Assembly (NCBI GenBank): GCA_963768175.1
Contig: CAVYGQ010000001.1
Location: 446,305 to 510,304, forward strand
DNA from: Candidatus Doudnabacteria bacterium
GTDB lineage: Bacteria > Patescibacteriota > Doudnabacteria > UBA920
Direction of reading: 5' to 3'
Length of the DNA: 64,000 nt
Shown one piece after another: positions 1 through 8,199 of the stretch. Positions within the stretch are counted from its first letter, which is position 1, and each line of letters begins with the position of its first letter. A model generated the notes under the pieces. That model saw only the letters and a program-made list of their open reading frames with translations, did not search any database and was not told the origin of the DNA. Made by a program: the position numbers and the translations under genes.

Positions 1-1297
1 TTTGGGTTTGCGCCGCTCCCCCGCTTGCGGAAGCCTGGCCGGCCTGAACTTCTGTTTTTACTTCTGTTCTTGCTTCCAAATTTCCTTTTGCGGAGCCCTC
101 AACTTCAACAGCTCCTTTAACACCCGCCCCTTGGGTTCCGGTCGCGGACATTTGCTCCGTTACAACTCCCCCAACATTAGTCTGGCCTGATGAAATAATC
201 CTACCGCTAATACCAGCCGTTCCGGGACTACCTCCTCCAATAATGCCACCGCCCCCTTGAACGGTTGACGATAAGGACGATTGGCCTGAAATTGCCGTAG
301 AAACTCCAGTGGGTAGAGGTGTCCCCTCTGCAGCAGAGGGGACACCTCTACTGGACCCGCCAACAGATCCGGATATTTCAACGGTTCCGCCGGTACTAAT
401 TGTCCTGGTTGTTTCCGCAGTTCCCCTCTGCGACACCTCGGTTGTTGATTCAGCCGTTCCCGATTCCCTAATGGTTTGCCCGCCAGTGGAAATTTCGGAT
501 GTGGAAGTTGCCGCGCCGCCTCCCGTTTCCTCAACTTCCTGCTGGATTTCCTCACTATAACCTCCACCCTCATCAACTGTTCCTCCGGATGAAACTTCTT
601 TTATATTAGTTGTGCTAGCCGTACCCGACTGGCTTACGGTTTTAGCTCCCACCGAGGAAACGCCGGTTGTTGATTTAAGCGCTCCTAAAGCAGCCCCGGC
701 AATCCCGCCCAAAACATCCCCCATGGCCCCCAGCATCAACTCCGTCGGTCCTGGTGTTACCGCTTTACCCTCACTGCTTTGTCCCGATGCCTGTTCCGCC
801 GCCTTTCGCTTTTTGGCTTGTTCTTCGGTTTCCTTCCCAAAAACCAAATAATGGGAGATTGTGCCGGAAAATTGGGGTTGGCTTTTACTGATAAGCCTGA
901 CAAAAACTGCGTTATTGTCGCCAATTGCTCCGGCAAGATCTTGAGGAATTATAAAACTTAAATATCCGGATTTCCCCAACCCAACCGAATGAGGATAAAA
1001 ATGAAAAATTTTATTTTCATGGCCCGCCCACAGCAAAAAAATCTCCTTATAAAGTTCAAGATCGCTGACATCAACCAATATTTCCGATCCGGCGTAGCAT
1101 CTTGCTCCCTTTACGTTTTTTGGGCCACTACCTACGGCAATGCTTTTTATGGGAATGGTGCCGGAAATTTTGGTAACTCCCGGAATAATCGGCCGGTTGG
1201 GATTACCCGAAACGGCGGATCTTTTTGATTGCGATCCGTTGCCGACGCTTTTGCCATCCACTTCATTTGGGTTTTGTGTTGGCGTAGGGGTTGCCAT
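1..1297 (-). CDS. Partial Gly/Ser/Thr-rich low-complexity secreted or surface protein; N-terminal 432 codons in window, 3' end off-window
   Basis: Manual translation of the minus strand gives an ATG at 1297 and an uninterrupted frame to position 1 (MATPTPTQNPNEVDGKSV...GGGIIGGGSPGTAGISG...). It is absent from the ORF track because there is no in-window stop. It contains the in-frame palindrome at 314..350 (RGVPSAAEGTPLP). Confidence 0.5.
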   Translation of the reverse strand, partial: MATPTPTQNPNEVDGKSVGNGSQSKRSAVSGNPNRPIIPGVTKISGTIPIKSIAVGSGPKNVKGARCYAGSEILVDVSDLELYKEIFLLWAGHENKIFHFYPHSVGLGKSGYLSFIIPQDLAGAIGDNNAVFVRLISKSQPQFSGTISHYLVFGKETEEQAKKRKAAEQASGQSSEGKAVTPGPTELMLGAMGDVLGGIAGAALGALKSTTGVSSVGAKTVSQSGTASTTNIKEVSSGGTVDEGGGYSEEIQQEVEETGGGAATSTSEISTGGQTIRESGTAESTTEVSQRGTAETTRTISTGGTVEISGSVGGSSRGVPSAAEGTPLPTGVSTAISGQSSLSSTVQGGGGIIGGGSPGTAGISGRIISSGQTNVGGVVTEQMSATGTQGAGVKGAVEVEGSAKGNLEARTEVKTEVQAGQASASGGAAQTQ

Positions 1298-1320
1298 AAA
1301 AATTAAAAACTTAACATTAA

Positions 1321-1400
1321 GGCGTCATCCTGAGCGGAGCGAAAGATCTCAAACCTAAATAAGAGATTCCTCGTTCATGCTACTTCCTCGGAATGACGCC
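1321..1400. repeat. MITE-like palindromic element, family D (terminal inverted repeat GGCGTCATCCTGAG ... CTCGGAATGACGCC)
   Basis: The termini are inverted repeats. Homologous copies occur at 5221, 17026, 18032, 58907 and half copies at 4269 and 22351. Confidence 0.7.
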
Positions 1401-1501
1401 AGGGATTTTGTTATTTAAACGGTAAGCGAGGGCTGTCCTTTGCTTAGGCATTTCCAAGAAAAGGACAGCCCTCTTCCGCGCGATTATTGTTATAGGGATT
1501 G

Positions 1502-3355
1502 TTACTTGTTAGCCAAACTTTCCTGGCTCTCCTGGATTTCCAAAAGCTGCTTGGGGTCGGTGGTAATAATCTGGTCTTCCACGTAGGACGCGTAAATTTT
1601 AATGGCCGCGTGTTTTAACCCCGCGAAAAATATCCCCTCGCCAACTTCGCTTTCAAGTAGCAGATATTTTTCGCCTTCGGTTAAAAAGAAAGTCTCGGCA
1701 ACTACGTTTATGGCCGCCGGGCTCTGCTTAAGCAGCATCTGGATGGAAGAGTTGGTAACTATCGGTTTGCCGTAAGGACTGGCCAGAAAATCGGCCACGT
1801 CCTGCGTAATGGTGGTCAAACCAAGATAATATTTGCGGGCGCGCTTGGCAATGCCGAACAGGAACCTCGCGCTGTCTTCGTGCTGCATCAAAATCCAGGC
1901 TTCGTCCACCGCCAAGATGCGCTTTTTAAGCTCTGAGCGCACCATATTCCAAATATAATTTAAAATAATATACATAGCTATAGGCCTTAACTCCTCTTCC
2001 AAATCGCGAATACTAAACACCACCAGCTGGTTGTTCAACACTACATTAGTCTGCTGGTTTAAAAGCCCGCCAAAAGTGCCTTCGGTAAATTTTGTCAGGC
2101 GCTGGCCTAAACTTTCCGCTCCGACCATATTGTTTAAAATTTCCACCAAATCGTTCATAGTCGGATATTCCAGGCCGCGGAAATCCGCCAAATCCGGCGT
2201 GACATCTTTTTTGGCGTAAGTCTGCCAAATCGCCTTATCCATCAGCGCTTCTTCCGTGGGGTTTAGCTTGCCTATCATCAAACTAAACAACCCCAAAAGG
2301 TTAATAACCGCGGTGCGCAAAACGTCGGCGTTGCTTTCACCTTCAATAGCCACAGGGAGGTCAAACGGGTTTATCCGCGAAGCCGAATTCAGCGATACGC
2401 TTAAATAAGTACCACCCACGGCCGCAGCCAAGTGCTGGTATTCGTTTTCCGGATCGACGATAATGACTTCGGTGCCGATCATCAAGCTGCGCAGCACTTC
2501 CAATTTTACGGCATACGATTTTCCGGCACCGGATTTGGCAAACACCACGGAGTTGGCGTTTTCCATGGCAAAACGGTCAAACAAAATCAGGCTGTTGTTG
2601 TGGCGGTTAATGCCGTATAAAATGCCGTCGTTACTGGTTAAATCCGACGACACGAAAGGAAAACAAGAAGACAAGGGGCTGGTATTCATATTGTTGGCTA
2701 CATCCAGTTCGTCCAGCCCGAGTGGCAAAGTGGAATTCAGCCCGTTTTGGGTTTGCATCAACGCGCGCTTGGTCACGATCAATTTGGAACCGAGCGAGCT
2801 CTCCAGGGTGCTGGAAAATTTATCCAGCTCCTTTAAGTCAGTGGCATAAATTGTAAAATACAAAGCAAAACGAAAATACTTTTCGGTACCCTGCATCAGG
2901 TTGTCCCGCAAACCTTCCACGTCTTTGTAGGCGGTCTCCAGCATCGGATCGCGCACCATGCCTTTTTCCTGGTTAATGGCCATCTGGCTACCGAGCTCCC
3001 CGACCTTGCTTTTAAGTTTTTTTAAAATGTCCGCCGAATCTATAGGGTAAATAAACATGGACAAATCCAGCGCGCCTTCGGCCTGGATAATAAAAGACAG
3101 CCAGTTGCTGGAGAGGAACCTTGGATAAGCCAGCACAAAAAAACTCCTGCCGAATTTGCCGTTAAGCTCAAAATGGGAGCTGTCAAATTTCAACGAAGCT
3201 GGGGCTATTAAATCTTTTAGCGTAGTTAAACCTTCGCGGTAGGTTCTGTCCAAATCCCCAAGACTTGAGCTCAAACTACGTTCGGTTTCGGCTTCTTTCA
3301 GGCTTTGTTTTCTTGCTTCCAGCTCTTGGGGAGTGATTTTTGAAAAAATGCTCAT
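1502..3355 (-). CDS. virB4: VirB4/TraC/CagE-family type IV secretion ATPase
   Basis: 617 aa with Walker A FAKSGAGKS and Walker B ILAVDEAW. The N-terminal domain is typical of Gram-positive VirB4 homologues. Confidence 0.8.
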   Translation of the reverse strand: MSIFSKITPQELEARKQSLKEAETERSLSSSLGDLDRTYREGLTTLKDLIAPASLKFDSSHFELNGKFGRSFFVLAYPRFLSSNWLSFIIQAEGALDLSMFIYPIDSADILKKLKSKVGELGSQMAINQEKGMVRDPMLETAYKDVEGLRDNLMQGTEKYFRFALYFTIYATDLKELDKFSSTLESSLGSKLIVTKRALMQTQNGLNSTLPLGLDELDVANNMNTSPLSSCFPFVSSDLTSNDGILYGINRHNNSLILFDRFAMENANSVVFAKSGAGKSYAVKLEVLRSLMIGTEVIIVDPENEYQHLAAAVGGTYLSVSLNSASRINPFDLPVAIEGESNADVLRTAVINLLGLFSLMIGKLNPTEEALMDKAIWQTYAKKDVTPDLADFRGLEYPTMNDLVEILNNMVGAESLGQRLTKFTEGTFGGLLNQQTNVVLNNQLVVFSIRDLEEELRPIAMYIILNYIWNMVRSELKKRILAVDEAWILMQHEDSARFLFGIAKRARKYYLGLTTITQDVADFLASPYGKPIVTNSSIQMLLKQSPAAINVVAETFFLTEGEKYLLLESEVGEGIFFAGLKHAAIKIYASYVEDQIITTDPKQLLEIQESQESLANK

Positions 3356-3362
3356 AAGTTTT

Positions 3363-3565
3363 CCGATTCGGATTTACGGATTGTATCCGGATCAACGGAT
3401 ACCTGCGGATACTTTTTAGTAAGTTTTAAAATTATTTTTGGTTTAAATTATACCAGTTTCTTTTCATAAAACGACCTGCTTTTCTGCTTGCCTCTTATAT
3501 AAGTACCCGTGGTTATCTGTAAATCCGGATTGTCCCATCCGTATATCCGGATCGGGTTTATTCGG
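3363..3565. repeat. MITE-like element, family C (ATCCGGAT-containing arms at 3363..3412 and 3518..3565 are inverted copies of each other)
   Basis: Left arm is cggatttacggattgtatccggat. Right arm is its reverse complement, gtaaatccggattgtcccatccgtatatccggat. A related copy sits inside rsmA at 17587..17697. Confidence 0.55.
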
Positions 3566-4241
3566 AAATTTTAATGTCTTTCATCTGTGCCGGATCAATT
3601 AACGGGGCAGCGTCAAAATTATAGGAATTGTAATACAACTGGATAATCTCCTCGGTCTTTAGCCTGACACCCCTCACGCCAATGCCGGAAAGGTTAGAAA
3701 GTATCGCCATAACCCTTGTGTCCAATTTTTCTTTGGCTTTCTCAAAATTCTCTATTTTTTTGGCAATCTGTTTGGATTTTCCGCCGCCAAAAATGCGGGA
3801 AAAAAATCCTGCGGCGGGGGGAAAAATGCTCTCTCCCAAAGGAATTATGATATAAAAATTTTTATTCATAATGCTGGCGTTCTCAATAAGCCGGGCTATA
3901 AATTCCGTGTACTCAACGGTCTGAACCCTCAAAAGCTCGTTGGTTTGCTTTTCGGCCAATCCCTTGAGCTTTTCCAGGTAACCGCCAATTTCCATTTTGC
4001 GGCTTTGCATAAGAATTTGGACTGAGAAATCCAAGCTGTTTAAAAACCGCTGAAAATTAAAAATAATGGAATCCTGTTCGTCCTGGCTCTTTAAGTCAAA
4101 ATTGGTGCTGGACACGGACAAAATCGCCCTAAGTGTCCCGTCGTCCGCCACCACGGTGTCGTTTTTTATTTCACTAAGCCGTAAAAAACTTTGGGTGGTT
4201 TTTCCCAGCGGCTTTTTCTTGTTTTGCATTTCAAGCTTCAT
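3558..4241 (-). CDS. Hypothetical protein in the T4SS-like cluster
   Basis: The ORF track gives 3558..4298, but its first 19 codons (MAALGAQDDAT...) are the translation of a family-D repeat half copy. The start probably lies at the MKLEMQNKKK methionine. Confidence 0.5.
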   Translation of the reverse strand: MKLEMQNKKKPLGKTTQSFLRLSEIKNDTVVADDGTLRAILSVSSTNFDLKSQDEQDSIIFNFQRFLNSLDFSVQILMQSRKMEIGGYLEKLKGLAEKQTNELLRVQTVEYTEFIARLIENASIMNKNFYIIIPLGESIFPPAAGFFSRIFGGGKSKQIAKKIENFEKAKEKLDTRVMAILSNLSGIGVRGVRLKTEEIIQLYYNSYNFDAAPLIDPAQMKDIKISE

Positions 4242-4268
4242 AGTAATCGCAAATATACAAATAAGAGT

Positions 4269-4313
4269 GGCGTCATCCTGAGCCCCGAGTGCAGCCAAGG
4301 GGCGAAGGATCTC
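4269..4313. repeat. Family D repeat, half copy
   Basis: ggcgtcatcctgagccccgagtgcagccaaggggcgaaggatctc. Confidence 0.6.
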
Positions 4314-4596
4314 AAAATTCAGATGATAAGTCTTTCCATTCCGGGTTTATACTATTAATTAAGTTAATTTTCTTTTGCCTTGTCCAACCCTTTATTCTTT
4401 TCTCTTCCGCGATGGCTTCTAGTGCGGTTCCAAATTCTTTATAATAAACAAGTTTTGTTACATTATACTTTTTCGTAAAACCCTCTACTAACTTATTCTT
4501 ATGCTGATAATTCCTGTTTACGATACTATTGGTTATACCTGTATAAAGAACCGTATGAACTTTATTTGTCATTATGTAAACATAAAACGATTTCAT
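4312..4596 (-). CDS. Small GIY-YIG nuclease-family protein
   Basis: FYVYIMTN...LYTGIT...R...H motif pattern, 94 aa. Confidence 0.7.
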   Translation of the reverse strand: MKSFYVYIMTNKVHTVLYTGITNSIVNRNYQHKNKLVEGFTKKYNVTKLVYYKEFGTALEAIAEEKRIKGWTRQKKINLINSINPEWKDLSSEF

Positions 4597-4708
4597 AGTT
4601 TGAGATGCTTCACTTCGTTCAGCATGACGCCGTGAAATAGAATCACTTTACTCGATTTTTACTGTTATCCATTTTGTATTTTAATTTATTTTTGTATTTT
4701 CGCGATTA

Positions 4709-5155
4709 CTATCTCATTTTCCCCGCAATATCCTGTTCCTCCGAAACAGTTTTTCTTAACAACTCCTGGACTTCTTTTAGATGCGCCTGAGGGTCTTGGG
4801 GGACCGTAGCTTCAGCCTTAACGGGAGAAGAAAGCTGGGCGTCGGACATTTTACCGTTTGGCATCAGGGCGCGCGTTTCTTTATGGAAAATCAAAATCTT
4901 CGGGCTGGTAAAAAACTTTATAAAATTACCAATGCTGTTGTATACCGGCCGTCCGTTAATTTGGACAAAGGCCATGCCTAGAGCCGGCAAGCCAAAAAGC
5001 ACAAACAGGAAAACCGCGACTAAAATGCTCTTGGTGGCGGAAAAGCCCAAAAAAATAACAATGCCGGCGGCAAAAATTATGCCAAACTGTTTTATTGTCA
5101 AAGGCCCAATAATTTTATCTTCCACCTCGGTAAATTGTGGAACTGGAAATTGCAT
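4709..5155 (-). CDS. Small two-TM membrane protein, PrgI/VirB3-like T4SS component (tentative)
   Basis: VEDKIIGPLTIKQ motif followed by two hydrophobic helices. It lies beside virB4. Confidence 0.45.
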   Translation of the reverse strand: MQFPVPQFTEVEDKIIGPLTIKQFGIIFAAGIVIFLGFSATKSILVAVFLFVLFGLPALGMAFVQINGRPVYNSIGNFIKFFTSPKILIFHKETRALMPNGKMSDAQLSSPVKAEATVPQDPQAHLKEVQELLRKTVSEEQDIAGKMR

Positions 5156-5220
5156 AATCTCACTTTAATTATAACACAGACTATCCTTTATCTTTGATCA
5201 ATAAATCGCTCGCTGCACCC

Positions 5221-5364
5221 GGCGTCATTCTGAGGCCTGAATAAATCTGCCTTTCGACTTTGCTCAAGGCACCCTGAGCGAAGCCGAATGGGTGAAGGCC
5301 GAAGAATCTCTTTGCCCTAGATTTTTAGATCCTTCGGTCGGATGCACTCCCTCAGGATGACGCC
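5221..5364. repeat. Family D MITE-like element (long copy)
   Basis: ggcgtcattctgagg ... cctcaggatgacgcc termini. Confidence 0.7.
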
Positions 5365-5455
5365 AATAGAGAATGCTACGTTTAATAATACCCCATCACA
5401 ATCTCTAAATTTAAAGCCATACTTGTCTGCCATGGGTAAAAGATTAAGAATAAAA

Positions 5456-5495
5456 GATGAAGGATGAAGGATGAAGGATGAAGGATGAAGGATGA
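5456..5495. repeat. Heptanucleotide tandem repeat (gatgaag/gaaggat) x about 5.5
   Basis: Direct tandem repeats are visible immediately 3' of the 5498..6376 gene. Confidence 0.8.
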
Positions 5496-5497
5496 TA

Positions 5498-6376
5498 TCA
5501 ACTTGTCTGTATTTTCGCCAACAAATCAGTAAACTTCTCAAACTCCTCTTTGGTCAAATAATCCCCTGTACCCTCGACATCTAAACTTTCAAAGTCGGGT
5601 TGCCCCGAGAGTAATTTTAAACCCGTGTTAATATAATTTTTATAAGTCTGGCTTTTTTCCAAATTAAAAATTACTTCAAAATACCCGTACTTGGCGACTA
5701 ACGACTTAATCTTTTTTGCCAAGGCGTCCAAAGGCCAAGCCTGTAACATCCGGTTTTCAAACACAGCCAGATCCTGCAAGCCGTTTATTGCCTGTCCATT
5801 TGACGCAACCGGCTTTGAAACCGGCGGCTCGTAGGTAGGCTGTTTTTCCAGTGGAAAATCTTGTCCGGGCAATTTTGAAAGGGAACTTGCAAAACTGGGC
5901 TTTTGCTGAAATGTTGACGGCTTTGCGGCTAACGGGGCAAGCGGCACAGCGGATACGGAGGGAAAAACGGTTTTTGGCTTTGGCGACACCGCTGGCGGAA
6001 CTTTTAATACGGGAGAGGCGGGCTTAACGGTCTGGGGGCTGACAAACGGCTTTTCCCTGATTGGAAAAAAAGGTTTTAGAGCCGCAGCCTGCCCTTTTTG
6101 ATCTTGCCTGATAAATGGTTTTTGTTCTATGATCTGTGATTTGTGATCTATGTTCTGTAATTTATGCCCCTCCTCTAACTCTAACTCCGGATGCCCGGGA
6201 GGCAGCTCTTTTTCCTGAAAAATTGATTTTAAATTAGATGCAAAAATTGACGGCTTCTTTTGGGCAAGCGGCTGCTGGATCTGCGAAGTGGTCTTGGGAG
6301 CCTCATATTTTATAGCGGGAATTTGACCGAATTTCCCTAAGTCTGGCAAATTCATTATGTGGCTCAACTTCGGCAT
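5498..6376 (-). CDS. Hypothetical Pro-rich protein
   Basis: 292-aa ORF co-oriented in the cluster. Confidence 0.5.
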   Translation of the reverse strand: MPKLSHIMNLPDLGKFGQIPAIKYEAPKTTSQIQQPLAQKKPSIFASNLKSIFQEKELPPGHPELELEEGHKLQNIDHKSQIIEQKPFIRQDQKGQAAALKPFFPIREKPFVSPQTVKPASPVLKVPPAVSPKPKTVFPSVSAVPLAPLAAKPSTFQQKPSFASSLSKLPGQDFPLEKQPTYEPPVSKPVASNGQAINGLQDLAVFENRMLQAWPLDALAKKIKSLVAKYGYFEVIFNLEKSQTYKNYINTGLKLLSGQPDFESLDVEGTGDYLTKEEFEKFTDLLAKIQTS

Positions 6377-6619
6377 TTAAGTCTTCTGCTCCATTCCCCT
6401 CCTTTCTAAGGAGGGGCTAGGGGAGGTTATTGTCTTAATTGCTGATTGCTTATTACTTACTGCTGACTGCTGACTGCTTGCCAGTATCTTTTCCAGCTCT
6501 CCCAATTGTTTATCGCTCATTGAATCCAAAAGCGCCAGCCATTCCGTCCGCTCCGAGACCGACAAAATTGCCGAAGACCTAACCAACCCTTTAATTTTTT
6601 CTATTTCCGCGATATTCAT
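6377..6619 (-). CDS. Hypothetical small protein with an in-frame family-B repeat (..ITSPSPSLERRGM..)
   Basis: 80-aa ORF. A 42-nt repeat at 6391..6432 lies inside it. Confidence 0.4.
   Translation of the reverse strand: MNIAEIEKIKGLVRSSAILSVSERTEWLALLDSMSDKQLGELEKILASSQQSAVSNKQSAIKTITSPSPSLERRGMEQKT
6391..6432. repeat. Family B palindromic repeat (ccattcccctcctttctaaggaggggctaggggaggttattg)
   Basis: Identical 42-mer at 7231..7272 and a related compound copy at 33652..33728. Hairpin CCCTCCTT/AAGGAGGG. Confidence 0.75.
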
Positions 6620-6740
6620 CTTATATAAAAGCTAAATTCCTATTTGACAAAAATATTAATATAATATATTTAGTTTTACAGAACCACTCCCGCAAGAAGG
6701 CGGGTTTTTTTATCTGGATAGGCTTTTGCTTTAAGTTTCT

Positions 6741-6832
6741 CCATAATTCCTAACTCCTAACTCCTAACTCCTAACTCCTAACTCCTAACTCCTAACTCCT
6801 AACTCCTAACTCCTAACTCCTAACTCCTAACT
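6741..6832. repeat. Heptanucleotide microsatellite (ctaactc/taactcc) x 13
   Basis: Perfect tandem array overlapping the stop codon of the 6827..8185 gene. Confidence 0.9.
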
Positions 6833-8185
6833 TTTAATTCCGTCCTGCGTCTTCTTCCTAAGTTCCTCCAACTTCCGGTCAATTTCCTGCTGCTTAGATT
6901 GTATATTCTGCGGCGCCGGCTTTTTCTCAAGCAAAGGATTTAAAACAAAAGACGAAGGATTTTTACCCTCTACATTTTCATTTGAAATTGCCTGCCCGCC
7001 AACCGCTGGAGCCGAAGGCGACTGCGGGCGGGGAAATTTGTTATTTGGAATTTTCTCTACCCCCTCTCCCATCTTAAGCCCCGCTGTTGTTTCCTCACTC
7101 CGATCCCTGTTCTTCAAAATATTTTGGATGTTCACCCTGCTGGGCATCACGCCGATACCCGTCCTATCTGTCCAATCAGTCTTATCCATCCTATTTTCTT
7201 CAGCAAACACCGGCTTCTGCAACCCCGCACCCATTCCCCTCCTTTCTAAGGAGGGGCTAGGGGAGGTTATTGGGTTGTTGAAAATTCCTTCCGACCTTCC
7301 GATTTCCGATTTCCGACCTTCTGATATTCCGACATCCGACATTCCGACCTTCCGATTCTCCGATGCGTTCTTTGGCACCGGCACTGCGGGCGGCTGCTGA
7401 TTGGTGATAGGTCGTGGAAGCTCATTTGATGACAATTGAAATTTCTGGGATTGCATATAAGGCAAACCCCCCGTAGTTTTCGTCTGTTCGCCTGGCTCTT
7501 CTGGAATAACTGCGGGCCCCGGCGGCGGAAATAGCAGCCAATCGTAAATTTCCAAAATTTGTTTAAGCACTTCCTTGTCGGTGTTATTAAGTTGGCTAGC
7601 TTGCCTATTATTATTGAAAAAATTAATCTGGTTAAACTTGTCCCTATTTACGGTTAAAGGCTGATTTGTATTGTAACTTTTTAACCAATTTTGAATAGTT
7701 GGCTGAACTGCGCCGACATCTAAACTCAAAGGTTTGTCACCCAACTTTTCTTGATTATTTTCTAAAGAATAAATCCAGCCGCGGCGAGTTTCCTTGTCCG
7801 GTCCAACGCGAAATTCATATATCCCTAATATTTTCTTTAGGCATTCGGAAACATTTACGCCCAATTTTATGGAATCGACTAAATTCTCAGACAAAATATT
7901 TTTACTCTGTTTAAGGGACATGGCCGGCATGGCCTTCCAAGAAAGCACCCACAAAACCGCCATTAATTGGTTATAAATTATTGGGTTAGCTTCCACTTGC
8001 CCCTGATTATCCTTTACCAACTTGTCCAATTGATCATAAAATTCCATTGCGCGCCCAGGCTCCAAATCAAACTCCGCGTCTTGAGCTAACTCAGACAATT
8101 TATCTAAAACACGCTGGTCAGCCAAAGCTTCAGCGTCAAGCAAAAATAAATTTTTTATATTCAATATGTCGGCGATACTAGCCAT
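6827..8185 (-). CDS. Hypothetical protein carrying in-frame repeat insertions (family B and TTCCGA tandem repeats)
   Basis: 452-aa ORF. The IGRSEGI.. and PSPSLERRGM segments are encoded by repeats at 7288..7365 and 7231..7272. Confidence 0.5.
   Translation of the reverse strand: MASIADILNIKNLFLLDAEALADQRVLDKLSELAQDAEFDLEPGRAMEFYDQLDKLVKDNQGQVEANPIIYNQLMAVLWVLSWKAMPAMSLKQSKNILSENLVDSIKLGVNVSECLKKILGIYEFRVGPDKETRRGWIYSLENNQEKLGDKPLSLDVGAVQPTIQNWLKSYNTNQPLTVNRDKFNQINFFNNNRQASQLNNTDKEVLKQILEIYDWLLFPPPGPAVIPEEPGEQTKTTGGLPYMQSQKFQLSSNELPRPITNQQPPAVPVPKNASENRKVGMSDVGISEGRKSEIGRSEGIFNNPITSPSPSLERRGMGAGLQKPVFAEENRMDKTDWTDRTGIGVMPSRVNIQNILKNRDRSEETTAGLKMGEGVEKIPNNKFPRPQSPSAPAVGGQAISNENVEGKNPSSFVLNPLLEKKPAPQNIQSKQQEIDRKLEELRKKTQDGIKS
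7231..7272. repeat. Family B palindromic repeat, intragenic in-frame copy
   Basis: Identical to 6391..6432. Confidence 0.75.
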
Positions 8186-8199
8186 AGTTGTTTTTTAAT

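Noticed and set aside
160-576. ORF-track ORFs 160..576(-), 309..560(+), 612..851(+), 989..1228(+)
   Set aside because: All overlap a 432-codon stop-free minus-strand frame starting at the ATG at 1297. That frame translates to a coherent Gly/Ser/Thr-rich protein, and the listed ORFs are Arg-rich or low-complexity alternative frames.
1140-1358. ORFs 1140..1358(+), 17043..17369(+) and the N-terminal 19 codons of 3558..4298(-)
   Set aside because: Their distinctive peptides (RRHPERSERSQT, AALGAQDDAT) are translations of the family D repeat and not genes.
6741-6832. Possible CRISPR array
   Set aside because: The unit is 7 nt with no spacers, so it is a microsatellite. No CRISPR-like repeat-spacer structure or cas gene was seen anywhere in the window.
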